Assembly: GCA_950097015.1 (NCBI GenBank)
Contig: CATNEN010000039.1
Span: 10,478,001 to 10,542,000 of the forward strand
DNA length: 64,000 nucleotides
Source: Macrostomum hystrix
Taxonomy: Eukaryota; Animalia; Platyhelminthes
Direction: 5' to 3'
The notes beneath the pieces were generated by a model. That model worked only from the letters and a program-made list of their open reading frames with translations, was not told where the DNA came from and ran no database searches. Shown piece by piece: positions 61,171 through 64,000 of the stretch; the stretch's first letter is position 1; every line of letters begins with the position of its first letter. The position numbers and the translations under genes were made by a program.

Positions 61171-61928
61171 TTGGGGGATAATCCTCCTTCTCTTCATCAT
61201 AGGTCAGCTTTGGCAATTCGTTTGCGTCGTACCTGCGCAGTGGCCAAGGGACCTTTCGTTTGCAACTGCCGCTGCTGTTGCTGCTGAGCGACGAGGCGGC
61301 GCGAAATTGGTACCAGACTGGATCGCGGCTCAAGTCGCTGTCCTGCAGTGGTAAGCGCCCAGATGGAGAGGAAGAACCCACACTGCTTGCCTTGCCCGAC
61401 TGGGCGATGAGTAGCGTCTTCCGGTCCTCCTCCTCCTCCTCACACGTTCCTTCAACAGAAGCCAGCTCAGCCTTGACATCGATGCCCACCTCACGTTTGA
61501 CGTCTTGAGTGCCCAGCTCATATTCACCTTCTGGTGATTTTCCTTGCAGCTCCGAGTCAATCCAGCTCGCTTTTTTCCATAGCTCATTCCATAGGCGGGG
61601 TGACAGGGCCACGGAATTGCGCCTTAGGTATTCTTCCGTACTTGAAGATACTCCGTATCTTCGAGAAGACGCTTGAGCCAGATGGTTCCTCGGCTGACCA
61701 TCGCGATCTTCTCAAAACCAAGCTTGATCGTGACGTTGTGTCGGTTGACCGCGGAGTGTACAAGTTGTTGCTTCACTTGCTTTAGTTTTCCCATTGATAC
61801 GCGTTGAGATTGAATCCGGGCACGCCTGGCTTCAGTTCTCGTTCACTAGAATAGAAGCGCCGAATCGCTATAAAATGATGACCTTCATAATCTTGCACTT
61901 GCACTTTAAACCCGTCGCAGAGATCCAT
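61170..61928 (-). pseudogene. PC4/Sub1-like ssDNA-binding protein (domain 61782-61928) with frameshifted acidic extension
   Basis: MDLCDGFKVQVQDYEGHHFIAIRRFY....LKPGVPGFNLNAYQWE matches the PC4 pattern V.V..F.G...I.IR..Y....KPG..GI.L...QW. Confidence 0.8.
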
Positions 61929-61963
61929 GCTCAACAATCTGATATAGCAGCGATGAGAATTTG

Positions 61964-62459
61964 TGTGGGGGCCCCCACACCCCCAGCAACTCGTCACTGT
62001 GTGCATGCAGGCGCACTCTCCGCAGCGCGATTGGTTATATTCCACCATTATCTGCCTTCCCGCTTGCCACAGCCACAACCATATCACCATAGAATCATAA
62101 AATCTCTTACCTGGCTCGGCCTGCGCGCCACTGCAGGTGGGGCACAACTCTCTTACCAGGGCCTGATTGGCTCAGCCATCCCAGCAGCATAGACCCAACC
62201 CCTACTATCAATTTGCATTGTCGCTTATCTCCTCAGTACAAGAGCGGCAGAGTTGCATACAGTCATACTACAGCTCTATCTCATCAGACTCAAGATTCAG
62301 AACTATACTCACAAAATATCAATGTTTTCCGGATATACACATTTTATATATTATATGAGCTAGATAGTATATACAGACATATAGATACATACCTTTTACC
62401 TTGACTGCTCACCAATTCCAAACTACAATGCATGCCATGGAATTTCCACGGGATTTCCT
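61964..62459 (-). repeat. right terminal inverted repeat, outermost ~29 bp missing
   Basis: Reverse complement of 36701-37204. Confidence 0.95.
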
Positions 62460-62664
62460 ACACCAATGCAAAACGTTGTCTTTCCTCAGCTCCTGTAAGA
62501 CAAGTAAAACTGAATTCATCACTTATAAGAAATATTATTTCGCGAGTGTTTCTAAGAAATAATCGGTTTTCAAATCGCACTCAATCAACTGACCTAAGCG
62601 AGAAAAACATAATTAGCAAAACAGAATACAATAATTAAGATGCATGGATAAAACTGAACAGTTA
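62460..62664 (+). repeat. third, partial copy of the peptide-gene 3' flank
   Basis: Similar to ~36404-36634 and ~25940-26068. Confidence 0.85.
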
Positions 62665-64000
62665 GTACGGGTATAAAAATTGAGCATAAGCACTTACGCT
62701 CGAATGTGTGTTTGTGCTCATGTCAAATACCATTATCAGCATCGCAGAGTCGTGAACAGCATCTATAAGTGTGCACCTAGGGCGACTAGAGGATCGCAGT
62801 CAACAAGCTTTGCAAGTGCGAGTACATTTATATCGTCGGTCATCGGAGCGATAAGGTTATTTGGATCTGCATGCTGAACAGTTGCCCACAACACAAAATC
62901 AAGGACCACTAGCATATATATACTTGAGTAGTCCGTGCACAAAATGTGAAACACAAAATCTTCTACAATCCTGGCTCGCAAATGCAAATCAGGGGACAAA
63001 TAAAATGCCAGTATGTGGAGGGCATGAACCAAAATCTGCAGGATACTACCCGTTTATCCGCGACAATCGACAGTTTGTCCTGTTGTGATGTTGTGTCTCT
63101 AATTTAATGTAATTTTAATATGCTAGTTACAATTACATGCATTATATTATTTGCGGTAGCCATATTGGTTAGGGATATTTTTTCGGTTTTTTATTAATAT
63201 TTATAATGATTTTGTTTTAGTGTACTATATAGTCGTAGTTCGTATTCAAATGTGCTAATTTGGCCTTTCTAGGAAGGCTCCCTCGCCCCCGGGTCTGGCT
63301 CTACGACTGAGTGTTCGTTTTTATTTTGTCAGGTACTAGACACCTAACTTTGCTAGGCCTATTCTACATAAGTTATTGCATAATTTTAGGCATTGTTTGC
63401 CTTCTTAGACATTGTTGTTATGTACAGTTTCATGCAGATTAATTACCACCAGTTTTACTACTACAATTAAAGCTTTTTGTCCAAGGGCCTACTCACTCAT
63501 CCAGTGTTATGCTAACACCAAAGTGTAAATAAAAATGGAATGTTGTTGAATGGACAGAGGTAGCTTAACCAGCATTGGCTATTGTGTTTATTATCTGGGG
63601 TTCCTGCATGGTGCATGCAGTGTTGGCTTGTCTTGTCTGAATTGCCTAAATGTACATGGCGCTGGGCTTTCACCTGCAGGGGTGGATCTGGCATTAGCCT
63701 ATTTTATTATTGCTCTCTTTGTATACGTATTAAATTTTTATGCCAAATAGACTCATGTGTACTTTCTGCCAATCTACATTTTGCGGGCTCTTACAGCTCA
63801 GTGCACAAAAATGTCAGAAATGTGATTGTAAACATTGTATTTAATAATTGTGTTGTGCTGCTAGCTTTGATGATACTAGGTTAAGAAACACATTTTTCTA
63901 TATTTTATTTATGTGATGAATTATATTAAATTAAAAAGCTATATTTTCTATATTTATAATTGTAGTAGCCATTTTGGGTGTGCGGTTTTATTTATCCTAG

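Larger units (their letters stand above)
36672..62459. mobile_element. Maverick/Polinton (adintovirus-like endogenous virus), decayed, ~25.8 kb
   Basis: AGTAGTAG left terminus, ~0.5 kb TIRs, pPolB, A32-type ATPase, adenain, major and minor capsid, integrase C-terminus. Confidence 0.95.

Noticed and set aside
62860-63090. Possible Penelope GIY-YIG remnant
   Set aside because: Only scattered residues across frames and no associated RT recognised

Overview
Eukaryotic (animal) genomic DNA, rich in minisatellites and with GT-AG introns. The style suggests a flatworm such as Macrostomum, which is inference only. The left ~36.6 kb is host sequence. It holds a secreted single-CUB gene, a PAN+fibrinogen-domain gene, a six-exon PPP1R37 orthologue with intronic minisatellites, mariner/MITE/SINE/LINE/Gypsy relics, and two tandem copies of a small secreted-peptide gene. 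After splicing, one copy encodes an NPF/NPY-like RFamide precursor. The paralogs share signal peptide and intron but have a hypervariable mature region. The right ~26 kb (36672-62459) is a decaying Maverick/Polinton (adintovirus-like endogenous virus) with ~0.5 kb near-identical terminal inverted repeats. It carries protein-primed PolB, packaging ATPase, adenain protease, major and minor capsid genes and an integrase remnant. Unusually, it also encodes its own TATA-binding-protein homologue and a PC4/Sub1-like protein. It also encloses an intronless, secreted EGFR ectodomain ORF, a candidate decoy receptor. All protein assignments come from motif recognition by eye; no database searches were run.
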